This document shows positions 8,737 to 17,684 of a stretch of DNA of 57,054 nt, one piece after another. The notes beneath the pieces are model-generated. The model ran no database searches. It was not told where the DNA came from and was given only the letters and a program-made list of their open reading frames with translations. The translations under genes were made by a program, and so were the position numbers. The stretch is from positions 1 through 57,054 of the IMG/VR virus record IMGVR_UViG_3300048855_000050; one strand, written 5' to 3'. This DNA comes from a virus. Its lineage: Duplodnaviria > Caudoviricetes. The first letter of the stretch is position 1. Each line of letters begins with the position of its first letter.

Positions 8737-8940
8737 ATGAACGAAGACAGGGAAAGGGTTTTGCGGATGGCGCTGAAGGCGGTGCTGGTTGCGGCGCAGG
8801 AATGCTGTGTTGATATAGACGAGCTGACGGAGCTGGCAATTCAATCGATCTACGGCGAGCAGTTCTACAACCCAGCGGATGTGGCTGAGGCGACAGTGGC
8901 GATCGAGGCGGCGGCTGATGCGTTGCCGGTGATCCACTAA
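8737..8940 (+). CDS. Small hypothetical protein, paralogue of 8197..8406
   Basis: ALKAVL..DIDELTELA..IEAAADAL; AAGGA SD. Confidence 0.7.
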   Translation: MNEDRERVLRMALKAVLVAAQECCVDIDELTELAIQSIYGEQFYNPADVAEATVAIEAAADALPVIH

Positions 8941-8975
8941 TCGGGCCGACTTCGGATATCTATGGCAGCCCGGCG

Positions 8976-9263
8976 TTATGCCTGCTTCACGGGCCGGATG
9001 CTTCGGGCTATCCCGGGCGTCTTCGTAAGGGCTCCCTTCTTGACCAGCGCCGCGACGCGTTCACCTATTGCGTTGACGTTCACCTGCTCGGCCTTAGCAA
9101 TCTCGGCGATGGTAGGCGAGTAACCATGCTTGCGGATGTAGCTGCGAATGAAGTCGAGAGTTTTTGCCTGCGCCTGTGTCAGTTCACCTTTCGGCACCTT
9201 GTTCTCCCTCCAGCTGGGCCCATGAGCTGCACAGGCAGCGTCGTAGTTATGTTTGCATGACAT
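8976..9263 (-). CDS. LexA-like DNA-binding domain protein without peptidase domain
   Basis: LTQAQ..LDFIRSYIRKHGYSPTIAEIA..NA..LVKKG..TPGIARSIR resembles LexA N-terminal winged HTH. Confidence 0.8.
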   Translation of the reverse strand: MSCKHNYDAACAAHGPSWRENKVPKGELTQAQAKTLDFIRSYIRKHGYSPTIAEIAKAEQVNVNAIGERVAALVKKGALTKTPGIARSIRPVKQA

Positions 9264-9294
9264 CGACCGTGCGATGCCACGCTTGCGTTACATG

Positions 9295-10107
9295 TCAGGC
9301 CGAGAAGCTGCCAAGCGCGAGTTTCGCCGCCGCGCCGATCTTGTCTTCCAGCACTGACTTGAATTCCTGTGCGATCGCTTCGCGCTGCACTTCCTCGCCG
9401 ACCCAACGCAGTTTCAGGACCGGTGCTTGCCCGCTGGTGATGACGGAAATGCGCAGGGTGATGAGCTGCTCGGTCAGGCCTTCGAATGGCACGACGTGGA
9501 AGTGCAGCGCCGCCGGCAGGGTTTCTTTGCTGCGCGCCTCGATCTGGTCCATCGCACTGCGGCTGGCGCTGGTGTCGCCGACCGTTGTTTCCGATTCGCT
9601 GGTGGCCTTGATGGTGATGGTGCGTACCGCCGCGATTGCCTTGGCAATTGGAATGGCGGTGCCTGCTTCGTCAACTGGCGTCAGGTACTGGTGCCAGTCT
9701 TCGATCCAGTCGCTCAGGTCTTTCTGGGCAAGGCGATTGCCTGAAACCTGCTGCGCCGCGGTGTAGCCGGCAGTTGCCTTGAGCTTCAATACGGCGCGGT
9801 CATCAGCGTGGCCAGGCTCAGAAGCGGTGCCGAGGTTGAACAAAAGGACGCAGCTCATTTCCTCCTGGTTGATGAAGCCACGCGCGCCAGCTGCGGCGCG
9901 GTCGGCCACGTAGGTGCTGAAGTCGGCCAGCGCGTGGGTGGCGTAGGTACCACGGAAGCGGCTACGACCAGCTTGGTACTTTTCCAGATCCACAACTTTG
10001 GTACCTTCCGGCAGCAGTGCGGTGGGCGTATCAGTAGGCAACGACTTGCCGGTGGCTTCCAGCGCGGTGTCGGTGATGAGTTGAATCGCTTCTTTGCTCA
10101 GGGACAT
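9295..10107 (-). CDS. DUF2303 (YfdQ-like) protein
   Basis: DLEKY..RFRG, GHADDRAVL, QKDLSDWIEDW, PFEGL. Confidence 0.85.
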   Translation of the reverse strand: MSLSKEAIQLITDTALEATGKSLPTDTPTALLPEGTKVVDLEKYQAGRSRFRGTYATHALADFSTYVADRAAAGARGFINQEEMSCVLLFNLGTASEPGHADDRAVLKLKATAGYTAAQQVSGNRLAQKDLSDWIEDWHQYLTPVDEAGTAIPIAKAIAAVRTITIKATSESETTVGDTSASRSAMDQIEARSKETLPAALHFHVVPFEGLTEQLITLRISVITSGQAPVLKLRWVGEEVQREAIAQEFKSVLEDKIGAAAKLALGSFSA

Positions 10108-10136
10108 GTCACAAGTCTCGTGTGGGAAGGGAGGTA

Positions 10137-10484
10137 TTAGGTGCGGGGCTTGATGGGTGCTTCGTCACGACTGAACAGCTGGTCGTGCTTTTCCTGGAAG
10201 AGCGAGATCCTGCCGCCGGTACCGACATGCATCGGCGTGTCGAGGCTGGTGTTCTCGCTGCGAGTGCCGCGCTTGGTTGGCACCTTGTAATCGAGCTTGT
10301 GCTTGATCTTCACTTGGTGGGATTCGCCAATCTGGCTGAAATCCAGAGTGATGACCAGCTTGCCGGCCTTGCCGTGGTCAACCACGCCGGCGGCTACTTC
10401 GGAGAGGGCGTGCCCGATTTGGCTGGCGAACGCCCCGCCGTTCAGCTCTTCGAGGAATTCGGCGGTATCAGTTGGTGTGGACAT
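10137..10484 (-). CDS. YfdP-like protein
   Basis: FLEELNGG..HGKAGKLVITL; usual partner upstream of DUF2303. Confidence 0.75.
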   Translation of the reverse strand: MSTPTDTAEFLEELNGGAFASQIGHALSEVAAGVVDHGKAGKLVITLDFSQIGESHQVKIKHKLDYKVPTKRGTRSENTSLDTPMHVGTGGRISLFQEKHDQLFSRDEAPIKPRT

Positions 10485-10575
10485 GCGTGTTTCTCCGGTG
10501 GGGCCGGGAGCCCGCTTGGTGGGAGTTTGTGTTGGGATGCTCGTTTGTTACGCTGCGGCGTCTTGATGATCCGCC

Positions 10576-11034
10576 TCACGCCGCCTTCACCTGATTCCAA
10601 GCGCCAGCCTTGGTGAAGAGCTTCGCGGCTTGGGGTTCGTCCAGCGATACAGCGGTGGGTATGGCGATCCATCCGGAAGCGACCATGTGCTGCTGGTTGC
10701 AGCTGGCGCGCAGTTCAAGGTAGTGATGCTCGATGGCGTCTGTGAGCTGCTCGACCTTGTACATGCCCTGCGGGGCTATCTCGACCGACTTCACGTACTC
10801 GCCGCCGCGCTGGTCGATGCACATCACGCTGATGTAAATCGTCCAGGTGTGGGCCACGTCGAAGATCGCATTCGCGACCCGGTTGCTGATGATCTTCTTG
10901 CAGTTTTTCCAGTTCACCATCATCTGCAGGCCGCTTGGATCGATATTCACGACGGCGACATGGTTGGAACTCAGCAGTGCGCGGCACGAGCGCTCAATCC
11001 GCGCATGCAGGTTATGCGGCTTGCGTTTGCTCAT
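10576..11034 (-). CDS. Hypothetical phage protein
   Basis: 152 aa, coupled to upstream ORF. Confidence 0.75.
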   Translation of the reverse strand: MSKRKPHNLHARIERSCRALLSSNHVAVVNIDPSGLQMMVNWKNCKKIISNRVANAIFDVAHTWTIYISVMCIDQRGGEYVKSVEIAPQGMYKVEQLTDAIEHHYLELRASCNQQHMVASGWIAIPTAVSLDEPQAAKLFTKAGAWNQVKAA

Positions 11035-11273
11035 AGGGCCTCCGCAAGTTCCCGAAAAACTCGCCGCTCAGCTGTGGTGGGCTTTTTGCGGCGACGTTTC
11101 AGAACAGTCGACGGGTCCACTGTTTGTGTGCGGGCTGGCGGTTTTGGCTTGCCGTAAAAACCAGGTGCAAGGTGGAACTGTCCGCCGCGCGCCTCAAAGG
11201 CTGCAATTGCTGCGGCAATTCGGGCGGAAGTCTCTTCGTTTTCTTTCACAGCGTTCAGATTGAGGCTGATCAT
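11031..11273 (-). CDS. Hypothetical basic phage protein
   Basis: 80 aa, ATGA overlaps at both ends. Confidence 0.7.
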   Translation of the reverse strand: MISLNLNAVKENEETSARIAAAIAAFEARGGQFHLAPGFYGKPKPPARTQTVDPSTVLKRRRKKPTTAERRVFRELAEAL

Positions 11274-11536
11274 CGCACCAGCCTCAGGATGGGCTGTGCC
11301 TCTAGCTGCTGCGCAAAGTTGACAGCCTCTTTCCAGTTGCTGAACGCGCCGCGGAGAATGCCGGTGGTCAGCTCAACGACGCTATAGGAGTTGCGTGCTT
11401 TGCTTAGTACCTGAAAACGAACTTTGCTGCCAGGCATAGCCCGGTCGGTGCGCTTACTGAATTCACCTCGGGCGGCGCTTGAACGCTGGAGCAAAACCCC
11501 CAGCTCAACGATGCGGTCTTGAAATGCCTGGTGCAT
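11270..11536 (-). CDS. Hypothetical phage protein (88 aa)
   Basis: AGAGGA SD before MHQAFQDR; upstream part of the long ORF call is structured non-coding sequence. Confidence 0.65.
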   Translation of the reverse strand: MHQAFQDRIVELGVLLQRSSAARGEFSKRTDRAMPGSKVRFQVLSKARNSYSVVELTTGILRGAFSNWKEAVNFAQQLEAQPILRLVR

Positions 11537-11640
11537 GGCGATTCCTCTTGTGGTTGTGCGTTCATTCGTCAGCACTCTGGCCGCCTGACGTAGGCCGATT
11601 GGGCGCAGGGGAGAGTGCTGACGGGTAAACGCTGGGTATA

Positions 11641-11667
11641 AAAAAGCCCTGTCGACGCAGGGCTTTT
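11641..11667. terminator. Bidirectional intrinsic terminator
   Basis: AAAAGCCCTG-tcgacg-CAGGGCTTTT. Confidence 0.7.
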
Positions 11668-11978
11668 CACATCTCGCTGGTTCACAACGCCTCCGTACGT
11701 GAACCTTGCTTGCCGGCGCCGCCTGATGCGGTAGGCCGGGGATTAGTCGTTTACATGGCTGCAAATCCTCCGTGTTGCGTGACGACTGCAGGGGGCCTAT
11801 GCAGTCGGAGCAGGGGGCCGCTTTCGCGATGTGGTCTCGTCCGCATCGGCAGATGCCATGTCCGGTGACCAAGCCGGGCGTGAAAAGCCAACATGGCATC
11901 TGCCGATGCAGCCTGGGCAGCGTCGAAGCGTTCCAGGTATCGGGCAGTTAACGTCAGGCTGACGCTGGCGCTGGTTGT

Positions 11979-12419
11979 CTATCGGAAGCGGGATTCCATT
12001 TCCTGATGTGATGCCTGGAGCTGGCTAATGAGTTGCAGCCGGTCAGCTCCTGATAGCTGCCCTGCGGCGTACAGCAGTACCTCCTTCAACGAGCCCTCAT
12101 GAGCGAGCAAAGGGGCGCCGTCCTGATCAATGCACAGCTCGACCGTACCTGCGGCCTCGTTCAGCCCAGTGTCGTCAGGTTCGCCGATGCCAATATTTCC
12201 ACCGCCCGGGCGCTCAATCGTCTTGAGCATCTCGCGCTGAAGTTCACCGATGGCCCAGGCCGACGCCATGATTGCCAGCTCACGGCAACTGGCGTTTTCG
12301 GTAGAGAACCCGTGAACCACAACCATTCCCTTCTCAACAATCACTCGGCCAGGCCAAGTGATCCGCATCTCATCACTGCTTTGCATGGGTTGCTCCGTTG
12401 ATTTCATCCCGCTGCGCAC
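11979..12419 (-). CDS. Hypothetical phage protein
   Basis: ~140-aa ORF in the early left operon; start uncertain. Confidence 0.55.
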   Translation of the reverse strand: MRSGMKSTEQPMQSSDEMRITWPGRVIVEKGMVVVHGFSTENASCRELAIMASAWAIGELQREMLKTIERPGGGNIGIGEPDDTGLNEAAGTVELCIDQDGAPLLAHEGSLKEVLLYAAGQLSGADRLQLISQLQASHQEMESRFR

Positions 12420-12443
12420 TCTGTGAATGCACAGGAGGACGGT

Positions 12444-12635
12444 TCAGGCGACAACCTTCACCGGCGTGAAGCGCGAGGGGCTCCAGTCGCAGGATTCATC
12501 AGCAGGTATGTGGCCGAACATCATCGTGCACCGTCGGCAGTGGGCGCAGTCGCCGCAGGTCTTGCCTTCGGGCAGGTTCATCTTGTCCTCGTTGTCGGCC
12601 GAGCGGGGGTAGGGTGCTCTCTGTTCAGTGGTCAT
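12444..12635 (-). CDS. Cys-rich small protein (63 aa), first gene of the pL operon
   Basis: GAGGG SD; CGDCAHCRRC..C motif. Confidence 0.7.
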   Translation of the reverse strand: MTTEQRAPYPRSADNEDKMNLPEGKTCGDCAHCRRCTMMFGHIPADESCDWSPSRFTPVKVVA

Positions 12636-12651
12636 CTTCTGTTCCCTCGGT

Positions 12652-12720
12652 TGATTTCCCGTCTGGCCCTGTTGCCAAGGCCAGCCAGTGAAATCGGTAT
12701 GTCCGTTCTGCTTAAAGAGC
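12652..12720 (-). promoter_or_regulatory. nutL-like leader: boxA-like sequence plus long hairpin
   Basis: Minus-strand GCTCTTTAAGC (12710-12720) then GATTTC..CTGGCC..GGCCAG..GAAATC stem. Confidence 0.5.
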
Positions 12721-12853
12721 TTTGTTCCAGTCGATCCCTTGTCGGGGCTGGGAGACCACTTCGCTGGTCCCTGGCTATCTGGCGGCTTCACCAGTCTTGT
12801 GTTCGATCTGTGAGGCCCCGGAAAAGGGCAGCTGCGTCTCGATGTGCAAACAA

Positions 12854-12892
12854 TAAGCCAATGCCTAATGCATGTAAATAGGTAATGCCTAA
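12854..12892. promoter_or_regulatory. Two repressor operators (OL)
   Basis: TAAGCCAATGCCTAA (12854) and ATAGGTAATGCCTAA (12878), same motif as in the cI-cro gap. Confidence 0.75.
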
Positions 12893-12974
12893 CTATTTTC
12901 ACCTTGATCGCAGCGTGGGAAATCGAGCCGGTTGGGTGTTACTTTTTTGGATCCGCTGCGATAAGCTTTGCCTA

Positions 12975-12990
12975 CTGTATGGATATACAG
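12975..12990. promoter_or_regulatory. LexA (SOS) box
   Basis: CTGTATGGATATACAG fits CTGT-N8-ACAG. Confidence 0.85.
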
Positions 12991-13009
12991 CATTTCCTAA
13001 GGAGGATTT

Positions 13010-13327
13010 ATGGCGCGGCAGAACGACAAGAAAGAGGCGGCACCCAAGCCTATGAGCGGCATGGAGCGGCTATCACTGCGCGTGTCGTCGATGATCAACC
13101 ACCCGATCGCCCAGGAGCGTAGAGAGGTCAGGATTCATCGGCTGGATACGGACGGGGAGAGGGAGTGGGGCGAGATCGTTAGCGCGCTGTCAGAGGCGGA
13201 CGGGATTGAGCTGGCGCACAACCACGAAGATGCGTCGATTACGTTAAGGTGGGAGCCCTCACCGGATGACGAGAGGCCCGCCCAGGCTGCTGATCCATTT
13301 GAGCCTGAAGAGCCTGCACCTTTCTAA
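13010..13327 (+). CDS. DUF1654-like protein, SOS-box preceded
   Basis: ERLSLRVSSMINHPIAQ..IHRLDTD..W..LRWE; AAGGAGG SD. Confidence 0.8.
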   Translation: MARQNDKKEAAPKPMSGMERLSLRVSSMINHPIAQERREVRIHRLDTDGEREWGEIVSALSEADGIELAHNHEDASITLRWEPSPDDERPAQAADPFEPEEPAPF

Positions 13328-13334
13328 CGGAAAC

Positions 13335-13361
13335 AAAAAAGCCCGCTCAACTGGCGGGCTT
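13335..13361. terminator. Terminator between convergent genes
   Basis: AAAAAAGCCCGC-tcaactg-GCGGGCTT. Confidence 0.7.
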
Positions 13362-13382
13362 CAGTCTGCGGGAGCGGGATAA

Positions 13383-14279
13383 TTAAATTAGGTCTTCTAA
13401 GAAAACTTCCTTGATCTCATACCTTTTTTTGGAAGGTACATAACGCTCGATTACCTCAATATTTGCTTTTATCTTAATCTTCCCGTGTATGGCGGAAGGG
13501 TCTATGCTTTCGTCGAGTTCAAGCTTAGTACGATTTTCTATGAGGCCTGGTATCGTTCCAGCCCAGCCCTTGGTATGGTTATGCCGGTCGCTTGCATCAA
13601 TCAGCACGTCTACATTTTTATAGTTAGTAGACCGCTCAACAGGAATCGGTGCCTCATACTCGCTCGGTAGATCATCGATGATGTCGCGTTCAATGTTAAA
13701 TTCTTCGTGTCCAGGTATCTCTATGGTCGCGGTTTTGTCTTGGGATGCCGGCTTAAGGACATTGAATGCGTCTTTGCCTAAGCTTTTCTGATCAGGAATC
13801 TTTTTGATCGCTGCCTTCATTTGTTCTTCTGAAATACCGATCTCGGTGCCCGCCTGGAAAATAACGCTTTGATAGGCCGTGATGGTCGATGAGGGCTTAC
13901 TAGCATTTCCTGGTGACAGAATCTGATACGCCCCTATGGTAAGCAGGCTACCGACGCCGAGCGCAACGATGTCTCTAACCACGCCCTTTTCTCCTAATAC
14001 TTCTTTGGCTATTTGCTTGGCCCTCTCGGTTCGCTCGTCTGTTCTACAAAAGAACTTAACGATGAAGTCGAGATCAAGGCTTCCACTTTCAAGGCGCTCC
14101 ACATAGACTTCTGTGCTTTCGATCTTGAGCGTTTCAAAACGCGCCTCCAGAAAGACAGGCGTTCGTTTGATCAGTTTCTCGATCGATTTTAAGCTATCAA
14201 TGATGTCATTGATAGGAACTGAGTCCTTAGTGGTGTACTTAAATCTATAGCCTGTCTCAAGTGTGTAGGTGTCAGACAT
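13383..14279 (-). CDS. Hypothetical protein downstream of cI (lysogen-expressed accessory gene)
   Basis: ~298 aa, AT-richer than flanks, GGGAG SD, co-oriented with repressor. Confidence 0.8.
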   Translation of the reverse strand: MSDTYTLETGYRFKYTTKDSVPINDIIDSLKSIEKLIKRTPVFLEARFETLKIESTEVYVERLESGSLDLDFIVKFFCRTDERTERAKQIAKEVLGEKGVVRDIVALGVGSLLTIGAYQILSPGNASKPSSTITAYQSVIFQAGTEIGISEEQMKAAIKKIPDQKSLGKDAFNVLKPASQDKTATIEIPGHEEFNIERDIIDDLPSEYEAPIPVERSTNYKNVDVLIDASDRHNHTKGWAGTIPGLIENRTKLELDESIDPSAIHGKIKIKANIEVIERYVPSKKRYEIKEVFLEDLI

Positions 14280-14370
14280 CGGTAGTGCTCCCTGCAAGTT
14301 CTATTCTAATATTTGGTAAACTCAGCAGCGACCACGTGAGGTCGTCTGGTTATATTTGGGCTTGGCCAAA

Positions 14371-15225
14371 TCACACCAAATTCCCATTCCACACGAACAG
14401 CACGCGAGCCTGGATAAAGGTCTCGTCGATTGAGATGTCCTCGGCCTTATGCTTCCGGTTGTCCGAGATCATCTTGAACTTGTCCTTGCCCTTCATCTGC
14501 AGCCGCTTGATGTACTGGAAGCCACCGTACGAAAAGTAGTAGATCCCGTCGCCGATGAATTCCTTGATGCTGATGTCAACTAAGCACGGATCGCCATGCT
14601 TGATGGTTGGCGTCATCGACTGACCCCAGCCTGTGATCACCTTCAAGTGGTAGTGCTCTTTGAACTCGACACCCATTGAGCGGAGTTGGGAAGGGCTGAC
14701 CCGCACGTCCTGGAGCAATTCCGGAAAGTCGTGGGCCACCTCACCGTCACCCAGCGCGCCGCGCACGTCGTAGTGAGCAATCCAAACTTCATCACCGACC
14801 TTGCCGGGCCTGTAGGCATCGTTCACCAAGACGCTAACCGTTTGATCCGGATCGTTCCCCTCAGCGATCGCCAAAATCCGCTGCAAGCGATCGTCGCCCA
14901 GAGTCTTCCCTGCCAGCATCTGACGGACCTTGTCCGCCGCAGATGATGCCGGGGCTTCTTCCGCAACCGAGTAAACAGGTCGCTCTTCATCTTCAACATT
15001 TGAGTAGGAAAAGCCCGGGCGCAAACCCCAGTGCTCCGGCCCCACCACGTCTGAAAAATAGGCGATGACGTCCATCAGCTTCGACTTATCGATCCTGCCG
15101 TTATTCACCCAGCCCTGAACCGACGGAGGCTTCACTGAGAAGTCGTCTGCGAGTTTCTTCTTTGATACGCCCTTGGCGATCCGCGCGGCCTCGATGGCGG
15201 CGCCTAAATCCGGTCCGGTAAGCAT
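14371..15225 (-). CDS. cI: CI-like repressor (HTH + S24 peptidase)
   Basis: N-terminal HTH; GQSMTPTI (Ser), YIKRL (Lys), ISDN. Confidence 0.9.
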   Translation of the reverse strand: MLTGPDLGAAIEAARIAKGVSKKKLADDFSVKPPSVQGWVNNGRIDKSKLMDVIAYFSDVVGPEHWGLRPGFSYSNVEDEERPVYSVAEEAPASSAADKVRQMLAGKTLGDDRLQRILAIAEGNDPDQTVSVLVNDAYRPGKVGDEVWIAHYDVRGALGDGEVAHDFPELLQDVRVSPSQLRSMGVEFKEHYHLKVITGWGQSMTPTIKHGDPCLVDISIKEFIGDGIYYFSYGGFQYIKRLQMKGKDKFKMISDNRKHKAEDISIDETFIQARVLFVWNGNLV

Positions 15226-15291
15226 TGCCTAATGTAGCCTTTTGGTTAGTTGGTTAGGCAATGGCTTGTACTTGGATAAGGTAATGCCTTA
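15219..15291. promoter_or_regulatory. Three repressor operators (OR) in the cI-cro switch
   Basis: TAAGCATTGCCTAA (15219), TTAGGCAATGGCTTG (15254), TAAGGTAATGCCTTA (15277). Confidence 0.75.
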
Positions 15292-15323
15292 TATTCACAC
15301 CGCAATCTCCAGGAGAGAACTCA

Positions 15324-15572
15324 ATGAACCCAGCAGAAGCAGCCAAAAAAGCATCCCGCTTGCTCGGCAGCCAAGCGGAGATGGCGCGCCGACTGCGGGT
15401 CACTGCGCCCACGGTCAACCAGTGGTGTTCCGGAGAGCGCGCCGTTCCTGCTAAGCGCGCCGTCGAAATCGAGGCGCTCACCGGAGGCGCAGTTGATCGC
15501 GCCGACCTTTGCCCTTCTTTCCCATGGGCGCAGATCCAGCCTGCGTCAAGCCAAGCCCTTTCTGTCGCCTAA
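15324..15572 (+). CDS. cro: Cro/YdaS-like regulator
   Basis: GSQAEMARRLRVTAPTVNQW..IEALTGGAV..DLCP; divergent from cI. Confidence 0.88.
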   Translation: MNPAEAAKKASRLLGSQAEMARRLRVTAPTVNQWCSGERAVPAKRAVEIEALTGGAVDRADLCPSFPWAQIQPASSQALSVA

Positions 15573-15665
15573 CTACGCCACCACCTTGGTGGGTTGTTAG
15601 TTGGTGGAAACATTTTGCAACGCGTGATGGCATGCAGCCACATAAACAAATTCGAGGTTTTAGGA

Positions 15666-16088
15666 ATGCAGGAATTTCTGAAAGCGTGCCACGCAGTGGT
15701 TCAGGACGCTGACACCAAGAATCTAGCGACCCTTATGGGTATGCCTTCGATAAGCCTGCTTCAGCGCGCCAACGCCGAGTACGACAACGCTTGGTTCAAC
15801 GTGAAGCACCTGTACGCACTGATTCTCCATTCGGAAGACATGCGGCCGCTGCATGCGCTCGCGGGCGAGTTTGGCTACGTGATTACGAGAACAGAGGCGC
15901 CAGCTGCCATCGACGTCCACCAAGCGCTGGGCCGAGTTGCGTTGGAATTCGCTGAGCTCACCGTCGAGACCCATTCGGCTATGAGTGACGGTCGGGTTGA
16001 CCAGGTGGAGCGCGCCCGACTCATGAGAGAGATCAGCCAAATCAAGGCAGCGATCGAGCAGTACGAAGCATCAATTAAGGCCGCCTGA
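15666..16088 (+). CDS. CII-like regulatory protein
   Basis: Position after cro; HTH-like N-terminus, DGRVDQVE C-terminal motif. Confidence 0.7.
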   Translation: MQEFLKACHAVVQDADTKNLATLMGMPSISLLQRANAEYDNAWFNVKHLYALILHSEDMRPLHALAGEFGYVITRTEAPAAIDVHQALGRVALEFAELTVETHSAMSDGRVDQVERARLMREISQIKAAIEQYEASIKAA

Positions 16089-16098
16089 ATTCCAGGCA

Positions 16099-16130
16099 CA
16101 AAAAAGCCGACGGTCGAGGTCGGCTCTTTC
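16099..16130 (-). terminator. Leftward terminator, oop-like antisense position
   Basis: Minus strand AGCCGAC-ctcgacc-GTCGGCT-TTTTT just after cII-like gene. Confidence 0.55.
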
Positions 16131-16152
16131 TACAGCGTTAGCGAGGTCGATT

Positions 16153-16896
16153 ATGCACACCCCGAACCCCCAGAGCAATACCCGGACTGATTCGTCAGTT
16201 TCTCCTATCCGTCAGGGCATGACGCGTCAGTTCATGTCTTCACGAGAGATCGCCGCGGTTACAGGAAAGCGGCACCCGGACGTGAAACGCGACATTCAAA
16301 CCATGGCCGCCGACCTCAAAGAAGATGTGAGCAAATTTGCGCGCATCTATTTGGACGGGATGAACCGCAAGCAAACTGAGTACCTGCTTGACCGTGAGCA
16401 TAGCGATTGCCTGCTCACCGGTTACAGCGCACCACTTCGCATGGCAGTCCTTCGCCGCTGGCGCGAGCTCGAAGAGCAGGCAGCCCCAAGAGTCCCTGCG
16501 AATTTCGCCGAGGCGCTTCAGCTCGCTGCAGACCAGGCCAAAGAAACCCAGCGCCTGATAGGGGTGCTCGAACTCCAAGCCCCCAAGGTCGCGGCAATCA
16601 ATCGCCTCGCGGCCGCGGGCGGTTCGATCTGCATCACCGATGCCGCTAAGCACCTTCAGATTGCGCCAAATCAGCTGTTTGCCTGGCTCGAAGCCCATCG
16701 CTGGATATTCCACCGCGGCGGCTCCAAGCGTTGGACTGCCTATCAGCCTCAGATCACCAAAGGCTTCATGGTGCACAAGGTGACCGAGCTCAAACCTGAT
16801 GCTGAGACTGGTGCTGAGCGCGCCGCATACCAACCCCTGATCACCCCGAAAGGCCTGGCATATCTGGCCGAAAAGAACATTGGAGCCGCGCAGTGA
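16153..16896 (+). CDS. Rha-family / KilAC antirepressor
   Basis: MSSREIAAVTGKRHPDVKRDI (Rha); APKV..ITDAAKHL..ITPKG (ANT/KilAC). Confidence 0.88.
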   Translation: MHTPNPQSNTRTDSSVSPIRQGMTRQFMSSREIAAVTGKRHPDVKRDIQTMAADLKEDVSKFARIYLDGMNRKQTEYLLDREHSDCLLTGYSAPLRMAVLRRWRELEEQAAPRVPANFAEALQLAADQAKETQRLIGVLELQAPKVAAINRLAAAGGSICITDAAKHLQIAPNQLFAWLEAHRWIFHRGGSKRWTAYQPQITKGFMVHKVTELKPDAETGAERAAYQPLITPKGLAYLAEKNIGAAQ

Positions 16897-17684
16897 GCGT
16901 TCAAGCAATGTCATGGGCTCTCGCACTGCCGAAGGCTTCCCTCGAAAACCCTGCTGCCCGTCACGTGCTGCTTTGCCTCGCGAACTATGCGGGTAGCGAC
17001 GGACGTGGGGCCTTCCCGTCTGCGCTGACCCTGTCAGACGACACCGGTCTTTCCGAACGCACCGTACGCCTGAAACTGGATGAGCTGGAGAAGGCGGGAT
17101 TCATCACCGAAGGCAATCAGGCCATTGCTGCTGCCTACATCGAGCGCCGCGACCGCCGTCCAGTCGTGTACGACCTCCAACTTAAACGGGGTGCAAATGC
17201 TGCACCCCGTAAAGAACGGGGTGCAGATAACCGCACGGGGTGCAGCTCACAGCAGAACGGGGTGCAGGAAAACGCAGAACGGGGTGCAGCAGCTGCACCC
17301 AATACACCACTTAACCATCAATTAACCGAAGAGCAGCAGCTGCAGCGTGATTTGGCCGCTGAGGTTGCCGAGCAAGACCTCGCCGCCGCCGAGTGCCCAT
17401 CGCCGAACCAGCGTTTCGCCATGTTCGCTGCCTGGGAGCCGAATGCCAAAGCCTTGGCCGACCAGATCGCAATCGCCGGCACCCCGGCAGACTCGGTGCC
17501 GGATGCGGCAGTCCGATCGTTCAAGGGTTTCTACGCTGCCCGCCCGGGCACTGTCGACTCTGCGCATGGCTGGTGTTATCGCCTGGTGCAGTGGGTCAAG
17601 CGGGAGCGCGTCAAAGCGGCCGGCCAAGGCCAGGCACCAGATTTCGACGACACCAGCTGGGCTGAAAACTTGGGGGGTCTGTAA
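16893..17684 (+). CDS. Replication initiator (O-like, HTH)
   Basis: VLLCLANYA..AFPS..LS.DTGLSERTV; internal iteron-like repeats. Confidence 0.85.
   Translation: MSVQAMSWALALPKASLENPAARHVLLCLANYAGSDGRGAFPSALTLSDDTGLSERTVRLKLDELEKAGFITEGNQAIAAAYIERRDRRPVVYDLQLKRGANAAPRKERGADNRTGCSSQQNGVQENAERGAAAAPNTPLNHQLTEEQQLQRDLAAEVAEQDLAAAECPSPNQRFAMFAAWEPNAKALADQIAIAGTPADSVPDAAVRSFKGFYAARPGTVDSAHGWCYRLVQWVKRERVKAAGQGQAPDFDDTSWAENLGGL
17185..17300 (+). repeat. Iteron-like AACGGGGTGCA repeats (probable ori)
   Basis: (A)ACGGGGTGCA occurs five times plus inverted TGCACCC copies inside the initiator gene. Confidence 0.7.

Noticed and set aside
11537-11899. N-terminal part of the 209-aa ORF
   Set aside because: Crosses a terminator and long hairpins; SD-supported start is at 11536
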